A stretch of 61,914 nt of DNA, filler included. It is 7 parts of 7 records of this genome, joined end to end, with 100 filler letters (N's around TTAATTAATTAA, not from the genome) between each part and the next. Parts side by side here need not be neighbours in the genome. Positions count along the whole stretch, not along the records: positions 1 to 14,868 come from SRR31147125_55536; positions 14,969 to 20,560 come from SRR31147125_55586; positions 20,661 to 27,142 come from SRR31147125_55588; 4 more parts are not named here. One strand, written 5' to 3'. This document shows, piece after piece, positions 9,510-20,661 of the stretch. Numbering within the stretch: the stretch's first letter is position 1; each line of letters opens with the position of its first letter. The translations under genes and the position numbers were made by a program. The notes below the pieces were generated by a model. It had not been told where the DNA came from. It saw only the letters and a program-made list of their open reading frames with translations, and ran no database searches.

Positions 9510-11402
9510 AAAAAGAAAAAAATTCTCTGGCAGATTTTCCCGTCATTTCTCATCATCACCGTCATTTCCCTGACGGCGGTGACGTGGTACGCCACCGCCT
9601 TTTTTAAATCGTTCTCTCTTCAAAACACTGAAAAAGAGCTGACCATTCTGGCCAAAACCATTCATCGAGAGCTTCACAACAATCCTCCTGCGGACATGGA
9701 CCTCTACTGCAAGGAAATCGGGGATCTGACCCAGAGTCGTGTGACTGTGGTGCTGCCGTCAGGTGATGTGATCGGCGATTCCTGGGCGGATATATCCGCC
9801 ATGGAAAACCATAAACATCGGTACGAGGTTGCCCAGGCGTTGACATTCGGAAAAGGGGTCAAAATCAGATACAGCGCAACGCTTCAACAAAATATGATGT
9901 ATGTCGCCCTCCGGGTGGAAACCGATGAGAAAACCAGGAGAAAGACCGAAGAGGTGAAATGGGTGGTACGGGTCTCCGTCTCCATTGCCTCCATCGAAAA
10001 AGAGATTCTGCACATTCAAAAAAATATTGCGTTGGCACTCATCATTGCCCTTGCTGCGGCTGCCGGTGCCAGCCTTTTCGTTGCTAGGCGGATCACCCGC
10101 CCCATTGAACTAATGAAGACCGGTGCCCAGCAATATGCCCAGGGCAATCTCAAAGCCCGCCTCATTATCCCTGATTCAAAAGAGTTGTTCCAACTGGCAC
10201 TCACCATGAATCAAATGGCAGAGAGTCTTGATGAAAAGATCAAAACCATTGAAAACCGCAGCATGGAGCTTGAAGCGATCTACGCCAGTATGAAGGAAGG
10301 GGTGATCGCGGTGGATCTCAATGAAAATATCATCATGGCAAACCATGCGGCCACCGCCATTTTCAACTACGATCCCTCACAAATCAAGGGGAGGAACGTC
10401 ATTGAGGTGTCCCGTCATTATGAACTTCAACAATACATTGCCAAAACACTGTCCCACCCTGAACCCGTGGAAGAGGATATCATTATCCAAAAAGAGGAAG
10501 ATTTCATTTACAATGCCAGGTCCACCGCTCTTCAAGATATGGATGGGGAGCGGCTGGGAACCCTCATTATCTTCCATGACATCACCCGTATCCGCCATTT
10601 GGAACAGATGCACATCGACTTTGCCGCCAATGTCTCCCATGAGTTAAAGACCCCCCTGACCTCCATTAAAGGTTTTGTTGAAACATTGGAGGAGCTGTTG
10701 GATGGTCCGGATGCAGTCAATGAACGGAGATTCATTCGAATCATCTCCAAGAATGTCAACCGACTCATTGCCTTGATCGACGACCTGCTGGCCCTCTCCA
10801 GGCTGGAGAGGAAGGAAGGGATAAAACCCAACCTTGAAATTTGCGAAGTCGGTCAGGTGATTGCATCCGCACTGGATACATGTGCCCCCCTGTTTGAAGC
10901 CAATGAGATCGGAATCCGCTCCGACTGCGCTTTTCGTATGGCAGCAAAACTGGATCCCATACTGATGGAACAGGCCCTGGTCAATTTGATTGAAAACGCA
11001 GTGAAGTACAGCAGTACCGGAGATTGCATTATCGTCCGATGCAGAGAAAAGAGAAAGAAGATCAGCATCGAAATCGAGGATTCCGGCGCAGGGATCCCAA
11101 AAGAACACTTAAAAAAGATATTTCGTCGATTTTATCGGGTGGATAAAGGAAGAAGCAGAGAAGTTGGCGGGACCGGTCTGGGACTGGCCATTGTGAAGCA
11201 TATTGTCAAATATCATCAGGGATGGGTATCGGTGACAAGTACCCTTGGCAAGGGAAGCACCTTTAAAGTTGTCCTCCCCAAAGCCAAGCTGGAAGAGAAC
11301 GCGAATGTTGATCTGCAATTGGGTGATGAAAATGGAAATAGGAATTTGAAATCAAATTCTCAAACCAACATCATTCAGATCAATTCCGTTCCCATCAATT
11401 GA
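9493..11402 (+). CDS. phoR: Phosphate regulon sensor histidine kinase (TM-sensor-HAMP-PAS-HisKA-HATPase)
   Basis: DFAANVSHELKTPL, FYRVDKGRSR, GGTGLGL. First TM (ILWQIFPSF) lies upstream of the tracked start 9579; ATG 9493 joins the frame with one extra A in the A runs at 9508-9522. Confidence 0.82.
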
Positions 11403-11407
11403 ATTCA

Positions 11408-12094
11408 TTACCACTGATCCCGCAAGGTTCGGAGCTTTGAGAATGCCTCCAAAGAGTCCGCCTGAAGAAAGAGATTCAGCTCCCGTTCCAGGCCCATGGT
11501 GGTGTTGAAACGGCTCTTTCCATCGATTTCATCCAGCAATTCCCCTGCTTTTTCAATCCCATTGGCCATGGAAAATCCGAGATTGGTCTCCATGTAATCA
11601 TGACCGGGATAGAGAATGGCCTCATCCGGCACCATGTCATCCAATTTTCGGACGGTCTCATACAAAAGCGCGACATCTCCGCCGTGTTTGCAGTTTCCAA
11701 CACCGCAATTGAATAGAACATCGCCGCTGATAAGCCCGACGATTTCATCGCCTTCTTTGAGCAAAATGACCAGGTGATCCATGGTGTGCCCATTGGCGTC
11801 CACAAATACCATCGAAGCTCCATCCGCCGGAACAATCTGTTTTTTCTTAAGAAGCGCCTCCTTTGTGTAGATCTCAGCATGGGTCAATTCCTGAAGCCGA
11901 TCGTTTCCCCGGATATGATCAAAATGAAGATGGGTGTTGATGATCCCTAGAAGCTCAAGCCCCTTGGATTGTATTTCCTGAAAAATCACATCCCCATCCC
12001 ACGGATCCACGCAGTACGCTTTATTTTCTTCCCAAGCAATGAGATAACTGTAATTGAGCATATTGTCTTTCGAGAGAAGTTGACTGATCTCCAT
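11408..12094 (-). CDS. gloB: Hydroxyacylglutathione hydrolase-like metallo-beta-lactamase fold protein
   Basis: THLHFDH, GHT, GDVLF and YPGHDY; RBS AAGGAG before ATG 12094. Confidence 0.75.
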   Translation of the reverse strand: MEISQLLSKDNMLNYSYLIAWEENKAYCVDPWDGDVIFQEIQSKGLELLGIINTHLHFDHIRGNDRLQELTHAEIYTKEALLKKKQIVPADGASMVFVDANGHTMDHLVILLKEGDEIVGLISGDVLFNCGVGNCKHGGDVALLYETVRKLDDMVPDEAILYPGHDYMETNLGFSMANGIEKAGELLDEIDGKSRFNTTMGLERELNLFLQADSLEAFSKLRTLRDQW

Positions 12095-12121
12095 TGGTTT
12101 CTCCTTACACAACCCATTTTT

Positions 12122-14194
12122 TCACGGTTTGGAATACAAGCTCTCTTTTAGAGGCTTGGTCAAAAAATCATCCATGCCTGCTTCTACGCATTGCTCTTCA
12201 AATTCTTTCATGGCATTGGCTGTCAAAGCGACGATGGGCACGCGCTCATCCTCCTCTAATTCACGGATTCTACGGGTGGCATCCATCCCGTCCATCTCCG
12301 GCATGTTGATATCCATGAAGATCATATCGATGAGATCCCTTTTATCGACATAGGTCGATACCGCCTCAACGCCATTCCCGGCAATGGTCACCGCATACCC
12401 GGCCCGGGTCAACATAATTTGGGCCATTTTCTGATTGACCGGGTTGTCCTCCACAAGAAGGATATTCACCGATCGTTTAACACTTTCTGCAAGGGAGTGA
12501 CTGGTCAGGATAGAGGATTCATCTGTTTGACCGGATGTCACCTCTTCCCTATCTTCTCCATCCGTCGATTTCTCATTTTCAGACAGTCCCATCAGCATTG
12601 ACAACATATGGAACAGTTTTTTCCGTTGAACCGGTTTGGTTAAAAACCCTCCGAATCCGGCCCGCCTGCAACGCTCCGCCCCTCCGGGTTCCGGAGAGAT
12701 ACAGACCAGCAAAGGGATGTCAGACACGGGAGAGGGTAATTTTTTGAATCGCCCTGCAAATTTGAGGTGGGAATCACTTTTCAGTTGGGCATCCACAATT
12801 CCGACATCCCAATTTTTCCCTGATTGGGTCATGAACGCTTTGGGATCTATTGCGGAATCGAACATGGTGACACGCATACCGGCCAGCTTCAGTTCACTTT
12901 GAAGCACCTCTCGCAGGGGACTTTTATTGGAGATGGATAAAAACGCCCGCTTCCCTTTCAGTGAGACCGGTCGCAGCCGTTTGCCCTTTTTTATTGTTTG
13001 TCTGGCGACACGACTGGTGAAATGAAACAGACTTCCTTTTCCCGGATCACTCTCCGCCCAGACCCGTCCTCCCATTTTCTCGGCGATCTCCCGGCAGATG
13101 GAGAGGCCGAGGCCGGTTCCTCCAAATTTTCTGGTGGTGGTTTCGTCGGATTGCTTGAACGGCTCAAAGATGTCCTGGAGGCGATTGGGATGGATTCCAA
13201 TGCCGGTATCTTTTAGTCGGGAGTGGAGCAGCACCGTGTGCTCATCTTCTTCGTCAACCATCAGGGAGAGCTCTATCATGCCTGAAGCGGTAAATTTGGC
13301 TGCATTACCAAGTAGATTAAGCAGCACCTGACGGAAACGATACGGATCCCCGATCACGTATCCCGGCACCTCATCGGAGATTTTACAGACAAGATCCACA
13401 TCGGCCTCGTCCACCTTTCCCCTGACCACCTCAAGGGCTTCAAACACCAGCACTTCAGGATCGAACTCAATCTGCTCGACACTGAGTTGTCCTGCTTCCA
13501 CTTTGGAAAAATCCAGGATATCGTTCACCACAGACAAGAGAACTTCGCAACTGATTTTGGCGTTTTGGACATATTCCTTTTGCTCATGGGTCAATGCAGT
13601 GTCGTAAAATATGTCAATATAGCCTAAAATGCCGTTGAGTGGTGTCCGGATCTCATGACTCATGTTGGCCAAAAAATCTGTTTTGGCACGGGAGGCGGCT
13701 TTGGCCTCTTCAGCCAGAGCTTTTGCCTCCATGGTCAATTTTTCAGCCTTTTCAATGGCCTCATTCAACTCGGCATTACTTTTTCTCAAGTCGTAAAGCG
13801 TTCGTTTTTCTCGATCTATTCGCTCAATCCGGGCCACTGCCGAGTTGATGCCAAAGGGTTTTGTCATGTAATCGGAAGCCCCGGCACCGATGATGTCCAC
13901 ATAATTGTAATCACCGGTGTAGCCGGTCATGATGATGAAATCGAGATCCGGAAATTCCTGCTTGACCAGCTTCATCAACTGGATGCCGTCGGTATCAGGC
14001 ATGGAGATATCCGAAAGGACCAGATCGAAGGATTCGTTACGGATCAGATTTAATGCTTTGGCTGCATCTTCTGCTTCCTTGCACCTGTATCCGATGACGG
14101 AAAACGATTTGTTGAGAATCGAGCGAAGCCCCATGTCATCATCAACAATCAGAATTTTCCGTATGACTGCCTCTTTGGCCAATTGTCTTTTCAT
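12122..14194 (-). CDS. Cytoplasmic hybrid histidine kinase (REC-HisKA-HATPase-REC-REC)
   Basis: FLANMSHEIRTP, GGTGLGL and receiver motifs; the C-terminus probably extends to 12105 (one-A deletion). Confidence 0.9.
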   Translation of the reverse strand: MKRQLAKEAVIRKILIVDDDMGLRSILNKSFSVIGYRCKEAEDAAKALNLIRNESFDLVLSDISMPDTDGIQLMKLVKQEFPDLDFIIMTGYTGDYNYVDIIGAGASDYMTKPFGINSAVARIERIDREKRTLYDLRKSNAELNEAIEKAEKLTMEAKALAEEAKAASRAKTDFLANMSHEIRTPLNGILGYIDIFYDTALTHEQKEYVQNAKISCEVLLSVVNDILDFSKVEAGQLSVEQIEFDPEVLVFEALEVVRGKVDEADVDLVCKISDEVPGYVIGDPYRFRQVLLNLLGNAAKFTASGMIELSLMVDEEDEHTVLLHSRLKDTGIGIHPNRLQDIFEPFKQSDETTTRKFGGTGLGLSICREIAEKMGGRVWAESDPGKGSLFHFTSRVARQTIKKGKRLRPVSLKGKRAFLSISNKSPLREVLQSELKLAGMRVTMFDSAIDPKAFMTQSGKNWDVGIVDAQLKSDSHLKFAGRFKKLPSPVSDIPLLVCISPEPGGAERCRRAGFGGFLTKPVQRKKLFHMLSMLMGLSENEKSTDGEDREEVTSGQTDESSILTSHSLAESVKRSVNILLVEDNPVNQKMAQIMLTRAGYAVTIAGNGVEAVSTYVDKRDLIDMIFMDINMPEMDGMDATRRIRELEEDERVPIVALTANAMKEFEEQCVEAGMDDFLTKPLKESLYSKP

Positions 14195-14246
14195 TTCGAT
14201 TTCAGATCCATGCCTGCGGGTTTTATCCCATACACCCGTTCAAAAA

Positions 14247-14810
14247 CTATTTGTTGACCCTCTCAACATACGTTTTTGTACGGGTATCAATTTTAATGAG
14301 TTCCCCCTCGTCAACAAACGGCGGAACCTGAATTTCAAAGCCGGTCTCCAAAGTTGCCGGTTTGGTGTCACCCGTGGCCGTATCTCCTTTTGCCCAGGGA
14401 TCGGATTTGACAATTTTCAGATTGATGAAGTTGGGAAGCGTCAGTCCAATGGCTCTACCATTGAAGAGAAGCACGGTACAGACGGTGTTTTCTTTAAGAA
14501 TGTCCACCGCATCGCCCACCTGTTCCTTTGAAAGAAACTCCTGCTCGTAGGTGGACGTGTTCATGAAACAGAAACTATCCGGTTCAGCATAGAGGTATTC
14601 CATCTCCTGCTCTTCGAGATTCGCCGGTTCAAACTTGTCACCGGATCGAAATGTTTTTTCAAACTGCGCACCTGTAATCATATTTTTTAGTTTACATTTA
14701 TAAAGGGCCTGACCTTTACCCGGTTTCTTAAACTGAAAATCAACAATAATATATGGATCTCCGTCAATCTGAAATTTCAGTCCTTTTCTTAAATCACTTG
14801 CATCATACAT
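14247..14810 (-). CDS. efp: Elongation factor P
   Basis: KPGKG loop, KPATLETG, YVER. Confidence 0.97.
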   Translation of the reverse strand: MYDASDLRKGLKFQIDGDPYIIVDFQFKKPGKGQALYKCKLKNMITGAQFEKTFRSGDKFEPANLEEQEMEYLYAEPDSFCFMNTSTYEQEFLSKEQVGDAVDILKENTVCTVLLFNGRAIGLTLPNFINLKIVKSDPWAKGDTATGDTKPATLETGFEIQVPPFVDEGELIKIDTRTKTYVERVNK

Positions 14811-14868
14811 CTATATCTGCTCCTGAAAATAATATTTTAATAAACCTCCATGTTTGCCGGTGCATCAC

Positions 14869-14968
14869 NNNNNNNNNNNNNNNNNNNNNNNNNNNNNNNN
14901 NNNNNNNNNNNNTTAATTAATTAANNNNNNNNNNNNNNNNNNNNNNNNNNNNNNNNNNNNNNNNNNNN
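14869..14968. other. Artificial contig spacer
   Basis: N44-TTAATTAATTAA-N44 (stops in all six frames). Confidence 0.97.
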
Positions 14969-15049
14969 CCTCGTTTACCTTGCAGTGAACAGGCTATGCG
15001 GCGTTTCCGTTTACGTGTCTTTTGATTTTACTTTCATACTGGAAGGCGC

Positions 15050-15727
15050 ATGATGAAAATAGCGGGCATAACAAACAGCCAACCGCAGGCGCTATCGAAA
15101 GATCCGATTCGACATGACCTCCATGACGCGGCAGCCGACCGGAAGCCTGGCAAAACGGTCGACGCCGACCGTTTCAAGGATGACGGCATCAACCTGAAAA
15201 CCGCATCTGCCGGTTATGCGCTCCGGAAACTCAAAACGGTAGACTCGGTAATGAACAGTGCGGCTAAAAGCATCCGCACCGCCGATGAGGCGATGAAAAA
15301 CATTGGTGCACGAATTGCACAGATGAAATCGTCGCTTTCGGAAATCATGAAACAGTACCCGCCCTTTCCCCCGGGAAGCGAAGAACGGGTGGCCATACTG
15401 AAAAGCTTTTCCGCATTGCGACATCAGATCGACAGGCTCTCATTCCCGCCGGAGGACAGCGGGGCCCAACGCATATTGTCCGCTTCGGGAAATGATGAGC
15501 ATCCGCTGCAGAAGGTGAATCTTGGTTTTACCCTTATGGAAATCAATGTTCACCGGCTCCCGATCGACCCGGGCCCGGACGGGCTCGACATTCCGGATCT
15601 GCCGGCAGATGCCACCGATGAGCAGATTAGCAACACCTTGGACTTGCTCAATGGCGCCCAGACGATTCTGGACCGCAAACGCGACCTGTTGACCCAGGAT
15701 GCCAACCGCATCACGCAGATGCAATAG
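15050..15727 (+). CDS. Short flagellin-like hypothetical protein
   Basis: SIRTADEAMKNIGARIAQMK...ERVAILKSFSALRHQIDRL resembles the flagellin N-terminal helices; upstream of flbT/flaF. Confidence 0.5.
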   Translation: MMKIAGITNSQPQALSKDPIRHDLHDAAADRKPGKTVDADRFKDDGINLKTASAGYALRKLKTVDSVMNSAAKSIRTADEAMKNIGARIAQMKSSLSEIMKQYPPFPPGSEERVAILKSFSALRHQIDRLSFPPEDSGAQRILSASGNDEHPLQKVNLGFTLMEINVHRLPIDPGPDGLDIPDLPADATDEQISNTLDLLNGAQTILDRKRDLLTQDANRITQMQ

Positions 15728-15761
15728 GCGCTGACGCCACAAAACACATACGGTTTTCAAA

Positions 15762-16151
15762 ATGGCACTTAAAATTTCTCTGAAACCCGGCGAACGCATC
15801 GTCATCGGCGGCGCCGTCGTCACCAATGGCTCCTCCAAAACCGAGTTATTCTTTGAAAACAAGGTCCCCATCCTCAGGGACAAGGACATCATGAACGAAT
15901 CGGACGCCTATTCCCCGGCCCGCCGCATATACTTCGTCGTCCAGCTGATGTACATCGATGAGAACCATCTGACCCTGCACCACAAGAATTACTGGAAATT
16001 CGTGAATGAATTTATCAAGGCGGCGCCCAGTTCACTCACGATTGTTGACCAGATGAATGATCAGATCCTGAAGTGCCAGTATTATGCGGCGCTCAAAACA
16101 GCCAAAAGCTTGATTGACTATGAACAGGAGGTTATCTCACGTGTATCCTAA
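15762..16151 (+). CDS. flbT: Flagellar biosynthesis regulator FlbT
   Basis: MALKISLKPGERIVIGGAVVTNG, SPARRIYF, YYAALK. Confidence 0.9.
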   Translation: MALKISLKPGERIVIGGAVVTNGSSKTELFFENKVPILRDKDIMNESDAYSPARRIYFVVQLMYIDENHLTLHHKNYWKFVNEFIKAAPSSLTIVDQMNDQILKCQYYAALKTAKSLIDYEQEVISRVS

Positions 16152-16563
16152 CCCGTTGCAAGCCTATCAGAGCATCGAGAAAGAGACCATATCCGGGCGG
16201 GAAACCGAGGCCCGTGTGCTCACCGAAGCCGCCTTGAAGTTGAACTATTGTCGGGAGCACTGGGATGACGTTGACCGGAAAGACAGGCTGGATGAAGCCT
16301 TGAATTACAATCAACGGGTGTGGAGCATCATTCAGGGTGAACTCCTGGATGAAAAAAACCAACTGCCGAAGGAACTTCGGGAAAGTCTCTTGAGTCTGAG
16401 TGCCTTTATCGACAAGCGCATCTTCAATATCATGGCCTATCCTGAGCCTGACAAGCTGGCCATTGTCATCAACATCAATCTCAACATTGCCGCCGGCCTG
16501 CGCAGCACTCCCGGCACCGGCGCCCAACCGGCAGCAGCCGTTCAAAATATTCGCGCCGTATAA
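16141..16563 (+). CDS. flaF: Flagellar biosynthesis regulator FlaF
   Basis: RETEA, ALNYNQRVW, NQLPKELR, ININLNIAAGL; GTG start with AGGAGG RBS. Confidence 0.88.
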   Translation: MYPNPLQAYQSIEKETISGRETEARVLTEAALKLNYCREHWDDVDRKDRLDEALNYNQRVWSIIQGELLDEKNQLPKELRESLLSLSAFIDKRIFNIMAYPEPDKLAIVININLNIAAGLRSTPGTGAQPAAAVQNIRAV

Positions 16564-16588
16564 CTGCTGCGGCAAAATTTTTTCCATC

Positions 16589-16618
16589 AAAAAAAGGGAG
16601 CCTGCCGGCCCCCTTTTT
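16589..16618. terminator. Bidirectional intrinsic terminator
   Basis: A-run, GGGAGCC-TGCC-GGCCCCC, T-run between convergent genes. Confidence 0.6.
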
Positions 16619-16800
16619 GGTTTTTATCCGTCCCCCGCCCTGCTTCGATTACATCTTCAACGGATGCATGACAGAGCGATTGTATCCTATTTTGGCCCTT
16701 CAGATCCCAGCTGGCCTCCCCATAAGCGGAAGACAGCCGGCGCCGGATCAACGCCTCACCCAGGTCACGCCGGCGTCATAACACCGCTGCCGGTCGAGCG

Positions 16801-19530
16801 TCAGGCGACAGCCGCAAGCAGCGCCGCCTCCCGATCCGACCTTCCGGCCGTCCTCATCTCCGCTGCGTGCCGGGCCACAAATTCCCGGCTGTCGAACCCC
16901 ATGCGCGCCACCCGATTAAGATAGTCCTTGCCCTTTTCTTTCTGGCCGCCGGTACAATAGGCCACCCCGAGATTGCCCATTGCCATGGGGTGGTCAGGAA
17001 ACCGCTGGAGGAACCTTTCCAGAATTTGAATTGATTGTTCAACATCGCCGGTCCGCAATTCGCAAAGTGACAGGTTCAGGGAGGCTTCTTTCAAGTCCGG
17101 ATCGATTTCAAGGGCCTTCAGCGATGCAGCCCTTGCGTTTCTGTACTGGCCCAGCTGGATATAAGCGTATCCCAGATTAAAGTAGGCTTTGGCATACCCG
17201 GGATCGGCTGCCAATACTTTTGACCACAGGGCAATGGCGTTTTCAAAATCTCCGGTTTCGCCCGCCTGGATAGCATGTTCGACCAACGCATCCTGACTTC
17301 CCTCTGTTAGCAGTTTCGTCTTCCCGAGTTGATAATAGGCCCGTTTTTTTCGTGCGGTGCGGTCGGCATCCAGGTCGCCGAAGTGGTGGATCGGTATTTC
17401 CGACGGCAAGACCGCTATCGCCGAACGTTCCAGGCTCTCGTCCACTTTTTCATGGACGGCATTCTCGAAACGAACGGATGGCAGGTTGGGAAACAGCCTG
17501 ACCTTGGTGCTGGGATACCACCCGGTGCCCGCCTCTTCGGTGTACGCGCCGTCATTCGCCTGCCACCCTTCGACCCCCACGTCGTTCACATAGTTGCGGG
17601 TGGCAAATGAAAAGGAACGCATGCGGTTGTCCTTGGCGCCCACCAACCGCTTGATCGCTTCATGGTCTCTGGGCGAAACCTGTTCGTCTGCATCCAGAAC
17701 GAAAATCCAATCACCGCAGGCCATGGAAAGCGCCCGGTTCCTGGCATCAGCGAAATTGCCGTTCCAAACGAAATCATAGACGGTGGCCCCGAAAATTCGC
17801 GCGATGTCCCGGGTATGATCGCCGGACCCCGTGTCCACGACAATCATTTCGTCAGCGATCCCTTTTGCACTCAAAAGGGCGCCGGCCAGATTGTTTTCTT
17901 CATCTTTGACAATCATGCACAACGAAATACGTTGGTGCTCGGGGGCCCTGTTCAAGTCCGATTTGCCGATCTTGTTTCTGATGTTAACTGCGGGCCCCAA
18001 AATACCGTCTCCGACACCGAATGTGGCAATCGCACGTTCAATTTGCGCCATCGCGTCTTGGAATTTTTGCTGTTGGATAAGGATGTCGATATAAAAATAG
18101 TTCAATTTCTTATGATCCGGATTCTGCCCCAACGCCTTTCGGAAATGGGGTTCCGCAGCCTGGCAGTCCCCTGACGCGGAAACCGCCGTGTGATAGTCGG
18201 TCAGGACCTGGAGATCGCATGGCGTTTTCAAAAATGCCTTTTCCAACAGAATCAGGCCGCGGGCGGCATCCCCGTTTTCGATGTGCATCAATCCACTGTT
18301 CGCATACGCCGGACCATAGGCCGCGTCCTGATGGATGGCCTGTCTGAAGCACGCCATGGCAGCGTCCGGATCGCCATCCCGGTGAGCGACGAGCCCCTTG
18401 AGCGTTAAAAGGCAGGCGGATCGATGGCCGTTTAAAAATGCCTTGTCCAGCACGTTTCGGGCCTCCGCATATCGCCCGGCTCTTTCAAGCGCGGTGGCAC
18501 TCAATTCCAAGGCACGACGATCCCACTTTCCCGCCCGGTTTTGCTTCACCACCGTGAGGACCTCATCGTACTGCTCCGTGTCGAGCAAAATATCACAAAG
18601 TAGATCATACAGGATCCTGGCGCCCGGGTTTTGTTTAATCGCCCTGGATAATATGGTCGTGGCCAGGTCGTACTCCTCTTTTCGCCGATGGCATTGCACC
18701 CGTTGGATGAGTTTTTCCGGCATTGGTTCATCCGGATCCGCGCCCATGGAATTACCAGCGGGCCTGTGTTCAACCAGGGAGGCGGACATGCCGAACCGAC
18801 GCCGTATAATTTGCGCGTCTTCGTGTGCCTGCCGGTAAAGGGCCAATAAACGCCGGTTTTCCTTTTGCTGTAATTCGCGGTTGCGATGTTCGATGCTCTG
18901 CGGGGAGTTCAAATACAATCCCAGCTGCACCGGCAAGTGAAGGAACCGGTGACTCTGGGATATCCGCAACCAGAATTCAAAGTCTCCGGAGGTTATGTAA
19001 GATTCATCGAAGAACCCATACTCATCATGAACGGATTTGCGCCACATGGGCTGCGGACCGATAAAACATCTGCCTTCCAGCAGGGATTGCCTGTCAATCC
19101 CGCCAGTGGTAGCTGCCTGAAGGCGTGCATTGGTCGAAGGTCTCATTCTCCTGTTCCGTAATGATCACATCTGCGTAGACCAATGCAATTTCAGGCAGGG
19201 CGTCCATCACGTTTGCCATGACTTCAAAAGCATCCCTGCGATGGCGGTCATCGGTGTTGGCATTGGTGATGTACTTGCCTTTGGCAACCCGGATGGCCCT
19301 GTTCCACGCCTGGTATACCGGTTCCCGATGCCCGGTCTTCAGATAGGTTATGTTTGGGTATCGTTCCTGGTACGCCCTGACAATGTCTTCCTCATTTTGC
19401 TGCGAGCCGCTATTGACGACCACAATTTCCAATTGATCCGAGATCGTCTGTGATTCCAGATCGTCAAGGCATCCGCGAATGAATTTTTCCGAGTTGTACG
19501 CCGATACGATGGCGCTGACCCGGCAAGGCT
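16801..19530 (-). CDS. GT2-TPR-GT2-TPR glycosyltransferase (flagellin-glycosylation type), frameshifted near 19100
   Basis: VSAIVSAYN/ITNANTDD GT2, TPRs, ISLCMIVKDE/VLDADE GT2, C-terminal TPRs; pieces 19094-19432 and 16801-19146. Confidence 0.8.
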
Positions 19531-20560
19531 TGCGTCCGCCTGCCGTGCTTCGCCTGCGACGGACAGGCCCGGAGGGCGCTTCCGGCCTGGGGGGCAGGTC
19601 TGGAATTTCTCAGCGAAATGCCTTCCGTCAACGCTTCCAGCAGTCGATCGGTAGTGTGTTCCCAGGTATAACTGCTTCTGACGGTTTCAAGTCCCTGTTT
19701 CTGGATACGCCTGCGCAGGTCAGGGTCGTGTGCAAGCAATTTGACGGCATCGGCGATCCTGTTCGCGCGTCCGGGAGGCACCACGATGGCATTGAATCCA
19801 TCCAGCAGGTAGTCGCTGGCGCCGACGTTCGTGGAAATCACGGCGCAACCGCACGCCATGGCTTCCAGCGGAGGCAGGGGAAGTCCTTCAAAGTGGCTGG
19901 CATGAACGAAAACATCCATCTTCCCCAAAAGGGCCGCAAATTCTTTCTGGGGCAAAGGCGGATGGTATTCATGGGGGATGCCCCCCATATCAACCGGTGC
20001 ACCCATTACATAGGCATTCACGTTTATGCCATTGTCATGAACGGTCTGCAGGGCCTCAATGATCTCGTGACCACCCCGGAACCGGTGTTCACGGCTGAGA
20101 AACATGACCTTCAACTGCCCACCTTCCTTGTCATCAGGCTTGAACAGGGACGTATCCACCCCCGGCACCAGTGGCGTCAACACCTTTCTTCTGTATATCA
20201 GATCGAGGATCATTTTGACGTAGGTGGATACGGCAAAATACTGGAGATTGTCATACCGGTAGGATGCCTCGGACATGATGCGCCATTCGTCCGCGCGTCC
20301 GGTCAGTTCGGGAAACTTCGGTTCATACGAATGAACCCAGTAAAATTTACCGGCGGCATTGGAACGCGACACGATCTCGGCCGTCGGCGAATAGGGGCTG
20401 ATGGCAATCCCATCGAATTTATGGAATTCCGATACCGGCAGGATCGGAAAATCGGTGTCCAGCCATTCACATCTCAGGTCGGGGTGGGTGACATAGCAGG
20501 ATGCCTGGTAACCTCTTCTTGAAAGGCGGTTCAGGACTTCAACGATACACCGCACGCCCC
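19464..20560 (-). CDS. GT4 glycosyltransferase domain (5' truncated; probably fused to the downstream GT2 gene)
   Basis: FEGLPLPPLEAMACG motif. Confidence 0.8.
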
Positions 20561-20660
20561 NNNNNNNNNNNNNNNNNNNNNNNNNNNNNNNNNNNNNNNN
20601 NNNNTTAATTAATTAANNNNNNNNNNNNNNNNNNNNNNNNNNNNNNNNNNNNNNNNNNNN
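20561..20660. other. Artificial contig spacer
   Basis: N-TTAATTAATTAA-N. Confidence 0.97.
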
Positions 20661-20661
20661 A

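Noticed and set aside
9493-9530. Programmed frameshift or phoU-phoR readthrough (same frame, A-rich slippery run)
   Set aside because: Single-base homopolymer indels occur throughout the window (near 1205, 12148, 19100, 29388, 32765), so sequencing error is more parsimonious; reads are needed to decide
12105-12160. Truncated hybrid kinase pseudogene
   Set aside because: One extra A restores a normal receiver end (KPLKRELVFQTVKKWVV*) abutting the gloB RBS
14913-14924. Recurrent TTAATTAATTAA as a biological repeat
   Set aside because: Always centred in N runs; it is an all-frame stop linker
19479-20522. Long antisense ORFs (also 35356-36270, 39001-40104, 41879-42925)
   Set aside because: Shadow frames opposite well-supported genes in GC-rich contigs, with no recognisable motifs
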